Positions 60,619 through 64,000 of a DNA stretch of 64,000 nucleotides are shown here, piece by piece (the first letter of the stretch is position 1; each line of letters begins with the position of its first letter). The notes beneath the pieces were generated by a model. That model saw nothing but the letters and a program-made list of their open reading frames with translations. It was not told the origin of the DNA and did not search any database. Position numbers and translations under genes: made by a program. Origin of the DNA: an uncultured candidate division Zixibacteria bacterium. Lineage in GTDB: Bacteria > Zixibacteria > MSB-5A5 > UBA10806. Location: contig CAWDFP010000006.1 of the NCBI GenBank assembly GCA_963801605.1, positions 832,001 to 896,000 on the forward strand, given 5' to 3'.

Positions 60619-63600
60619 TTAGAATTCTGCCCCGAACGAGAAATACCATCTCGGCTTATGAGCTACATGAACCATATTGGTAGCCCAGGCCAAATCCACT
60701 CTGAGAACGAAAATTCCCAAATTTATCCTCGGGCCGAAACCGAATCCGGCTAAAACATCCCCGACGCGTGTTGAATCCGGGATATTAGTATTATGAGGAT
60801 CATGAAAATGTAGATTTTCTAAGAATCTGCTGTCACGGCTGTTCCATGACGTGCCCATATCCCAGAAAAGCGCTCCACTTACCTGGGCTAACGTGATCGG
60901 GAGAGGAAAATGCAATTTGAAGTAGTCAATAAAGGGATAGCGAAATTCGAGATTGAAGACTCCAAAACGAGTACCTGCCTGTGAAAAATAATTATAGCCT
61001 CTGATCGGCACCACCAACTCATTTACATAGATATCTTCAACGTTGTAAATATCACCTTTCGATCTGCTGGGGCTAATCCAGTTTGATGTACCACCCAAAT
61101 AGTAAGTCTTGGCGTCGCGGCCATTAGAGAAACCGCCTCCAAGGCGCATTGCCATGTTATAATGGCTCCAGAAAAACCAGTATTTCCGGTAATCGAATTC
61201 AAGCGCACTGAACGATAAGGCAGTCCCCACTGCTTTTATCGATTGATCATACTTTACCGCATAACGCTGCCCGCCAACAGGTCCCGTTAATCCCCATATT
61301 ACGGCATCATTGGTAAAAGACAGCGAGCCTATCATGATATTGGTGGTTCGATTAGGAACATAATCGGCATAGGTTTCGCGGTCTACTGTTATTTGCGATA
61401 GGGTTAAATCCAATCTTGAGAATTTAGAAAACGGATAGGAGACATACCCTTGAGCGCCATAAATGCGATCGCTGAAAAAGTAACCGGCTGAATCGTTGTA
61501 GTACAGGTTTTTGAAGTGAAATACCGCTGCTAGATAATCCATTCTTTTGGCGGTGTAGGAATAGGCCACTTGAATATTCGATTGATCGATAGTGTTAACC
61601 AGGTCGGTGTAAAGATAAAAATGATGATTTCCCAGGAGATCGGAAATTGACAGGTATGATTGTCCCTGTAGACCATAGAAATTATCGTAGGTCAGCCCGC
61701 CGGTAACAAGCTCAGGCGCAAATTTTAATTTGTAATGATTTTGTTTATAACTACCATCCGGTAAAAGGTAATTTAAGGTGTCGATTTCCGCCAAACTTGA
61801 ATCGAGTTTAGCCTCGGCTTTTAATGAATCGGGTTTTAACTCCTCGGTGTGCTGCTCGATTTCACCCTCGCCAACTCGAAAAACGTAGGTACTGAAATCG
61901 GCAGGCTCTGCGATTGTGCTATCCGGTTTGATCGCCGTTGTATCGGATGTTGCGGCGCTTGGTACAAAAATATCTTTTTCGCCGCTCCGAAGTTTTTGCA
62001 TGTAATGAGTCAGCTTAAGGCCGCCGTTTTCATCCGAGGCATCTTTAATATTTTTAATAACGTAAATATCGAACCCGTATTTAAAGAAAGCCGAAAAAGC
62101 CAGTTGATCCCCATCGGGCGACCAGCTTGGCGAAAAAGCCCCGGAAATGATATTGGTGACTGGATAAGTTCGGCTATCGGCCATCTCATAGATATAGATA
62201 TTATCTATTCCGTTTCGATTTGAAATAAAGGCGATCCTCGCGCCATCCGGGGAAAAGGCCGGCTGATCGTCTTTGTATGGCGATTCTACCAGAAGTTTCA
62301 TTTCGCCTAATTGAGTGTCGTAGAGAAATATATTATAGTCCCCATAACGCGGCGTTAGCGTTGTATCCGTCGAGGAAACAGGTCTATCGGACGAGAAAGC
62401 GATATAACGATTGTCATTTGACCAGGTCGGATAATGATCGTCATATTTATCGTGCATAAGCTGTTTGAGGTCTTTTGTTTTCAAATCATAAATATAGATA
62501 TCGGTAAAGCCGTCTTTTATACCGTCGATTGCGATTTTCGAACCATCACGCGACCACGACGGATTACGCATCCCGGACATTCGTAAATCAATTTTCTTTT
62601 TGCGGTGGCCCGATATAGCATCATAAATAAAGAGGACATCGCTGCCATCGCTTTTACCTACAAAAGCCAGTTCATTTCCATCGGGGGACCAGGTTAGTCC
62701 GGAAAAGTATGAGTGCAGTGATTCCAAATCGCCCGACCGTTCGGCTTTAACCACGCGAGAGATAACCTTACCGTCGACAGTGGAAATGATATAGACTTCG
62801 TTGAAACGATCCGAGTAACCGTTTTGAGGATTATTTTTATCGGAGAAAAATGCCAGCCTATCTCCTTTAGGAGACCATTCGGGTTTCTGATTGAACACCG
62901 AACCGTCCTTTGTATGGTCCGTCAGCGATTTAGCCAGCTCCCCAGGCTCTTTGCGATTGGCGATTTCGGGCCAGTAAACGCGCCGCATCGCTTTTTGCCA
63001 GTCATCAGAAACATTTTCGAGAGAAACCCCGAGCGCCGCCTTGGTGGCTCTTTCCATTATTATAGCCGATTTACCTTTATTGAGTATCTCCGAAATCTTT
63101 TCGCCACCGTATTTTTCCGAAATATATTCGCAGGCCGATTGGCCTCCCTTATATGCTAAAAATCCGTCGAGCATGTTAAGCGGCGGCAGATATCCCTGAA
63201 TTACGGCGTCGCGCATATACATGTCAGCTTCGAGATCCCAGCCATGACGAGATGAGTATTCCGCAAATCCTTCAGAAAACCAGAGCGGGGGACGGAAAAG
63301 AGCTTCTGTCGATAACAGAGATTTCAAAACATTACCGTAAAGCAAATCGAACCAGATGGCATGAGTCAACTCATGGTGGAGTACGTGGCGAAAATCCTCG
63401 TATGAACCCGTGAATGGAATGACAATCCTGTTTCTGAAAACCTCAGTGAATCCGCCTACTCCCTCGGGAATTAGTTCAGAGATGACATTGGTCTGTTGGA
63501 ACTCATTATGCGAGGCATAAATAATAACCGGCACTCTGCTGGCCAAAGTGTAGTTAAGTTCTTCTTTAATTTCAGCGTAAGCGCTCTGAAGAGAGTTGGC

Positions 63601-63777
63601 TGCAAAGGTCGCCAAAGTATCCTCGCCCTTATAGAAATAGATATCAAAGTTTGGCGTTTGGATATAGTACCAGTCGTAATTTTTATACTGGACTTTATTT
63701 TGGCCAAAAGAAACCTCCTGAGCCGTCCCTTCTTGACAGGTGACCGCCAGGAGGATTAATAATAATGCTTTTTTCAT
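60619..63777 (-). CDS. Secreted peptidase-MA-like plus PD40/TolB propeller plus Omp85 (BamA/TamA) barrel fusion
   Basis: FGQNKVQY, HHELTH..WFSEGFAEY, repeated WSPDG, IRGY lid motif, C-terminal FSFGAEF. Confidence 0.85.
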   Translation of the reverse strand: MKKALLLILLAVTCQEGTAQEVSFGQNKVQYKNYDWYYIQTPNFDIYFYKGEDTLATFAANSLQSAYAEIKEELNYTLASRVPVIIYASHNEFQQTNVISELIPEGVGGFTEVFRNRIVIPFTGSYEDFRHVLHHELTHAIWFDLLYGNVLKSLLSTEALFRPPLWFSEGFAEYSSRHGWDLEADMYMRDAVIQGYLPPLNMLDGFLAYKGGQSACEYISEKYGGEKISEILNKGKSAIIMERATKAALGVSLENVSDDWQKAMRRVYWPEIANRKEPGELAKSLTDHTKDGSVFNQKPEWSPKGDRLAFFSDKNNPQNGYSDRFNEVYIISTVDGKVISRVVKAERSGDLESLHSYFSGLTWSPDGNELAFVGKSDGSDVLFIYDAISGHRKKKIDLRMSGMRNPSWSRDGSKIAIDGIKDGFTDIYIYDLKTKDLKQLMHDKYDDHYPTWSNDNRYIAFSSDRPVSSTDTTLTPRYGDYNIFLYDTQLGEMKLLVESPYKDDQPAFSPDGARIAFISNRNGIDNIYIYEMADSRTYPVTNIISGAFSPSWSPDGDQLAFSAFFKYGFDIYVIKNIKDASDENGGLKLTHYMQKLRSGEKDIFVPSAATSDTTAIKPDSTIAEPADFSTYVFRVGEGEIEQHTEELKPDSLKAEAKLDSSLAEIDTLNYLLPDGSYKQNHYKLKFAPELVTGGLTYDNFYGLQGQSYLSISDLLGNHHFYLYTDLVNTIDQSNIQVAYSYTAKRMDYLAAVFHFKNLYYNDSAGYFFSDRIYGAQGYVSYPFSKFSRLDLTLSQITVDRETYADYVPNRTTNIMIGSLSFTNDAVIWGLTGPVGGQRYAVKYDQSIKAVGTALSFSALEFDYRKYWFFWSHYNMAMRLGGGFSNGRDAKTYYLGGTSNWISPSRSKGDIYNVEDIYVNELVVPIRGYNYFSQAGTRFGVFNLEFRYPFIDYFKLHFPLPITLAQVSGALFWDMGTSWNSRDSRFLENLHFHDPHNTNIPDSTRVGDVLAGFGFGPRINLGIFVLRVDLAWATNMVHVAHKPRWYFSFGAEF

Positions 63778-63852
63778 CTGTCTCTCTGCGTAATCAGATT
63801 ACCGCCTGTTGTTAAGACTTCATTTAGAGGCAAAATAGCAGCCCCAGGTAGA

Positions 63853-64000
63853 TTACATGGCAACTCGCGTAATATTCCCGCCAATTGCCTGAAGACTTTC
63901 CTCTAATTTTTCATAGCCACGATCGACATGGTATATCCTCAATATCTCCGATTCGCCCGAGGCCGCCAATGTCGCCAGCACCAGTCCGGCTCCGGCGCGA
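63853..64000 (-). CDS. murA: UDP-N-acetylglucosamine 1-carboxyvinyltransferase, C-terminal fragment (5' part off window)
   Basis: Manual translation [48 protein letters not shown]. Confidence 0.9.
   Translation of the reverse strand, partial: RAGAGLVLATLAASGESEILRIYHVDRGYEKLEESLQAIGGNITRVAM

Overview
Bacterial chromosomal window, moderate GC, about 50 genes, apparently from a diderm anaerobe or facultative anaerobe. The multiheme cytochromes, many secreted proteins and Omp85 fusion suggest the FCB group (possibly Zixibacteria); this placement is inference only. I saw no prophage, transposase, integrase or CRISPR array. Fourteen genes are split by frameshifts, and each can be repaired by deleting one base from a short homopolymer, which points to long-read consensus error rather than pseudogenes. 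Main content in order: nhaR-like LysR divergent from a P-type ATPase/ferredoxin/HMA-like operon; typA and a DEAD-box helicase; a redox module (ECF sigma, zinc anti-sigma, DUF2892, protein-disulfide oxidoreductase and a small FmdB-family protein with a probable selenocysteine and SECIS hairpin) divergent from an octaheme tetrathionate-reductase-like cytochrome; tRNA-fMet; an AmmeMemoRadiSam B-A/M23/dprA/yigZ/macro run; a degenerate NtrC-like regulator; a perfect four-way-junction intergenic element; two tandem CbcL-like cytochromes (11 and 19 hemes) behind a perfect Rex box; a glycan-linked cluster of adenylation enzyme, AsnB, GlnA, carrier protein and NadE-like enzyme; a lipoprotein with a type IV pilin-like domain inserted into an FN3-like domain; an aconitase-family pair; secreted PepF; a peptidase-PD40-Omp85 fusion; and the 3' end of murA.
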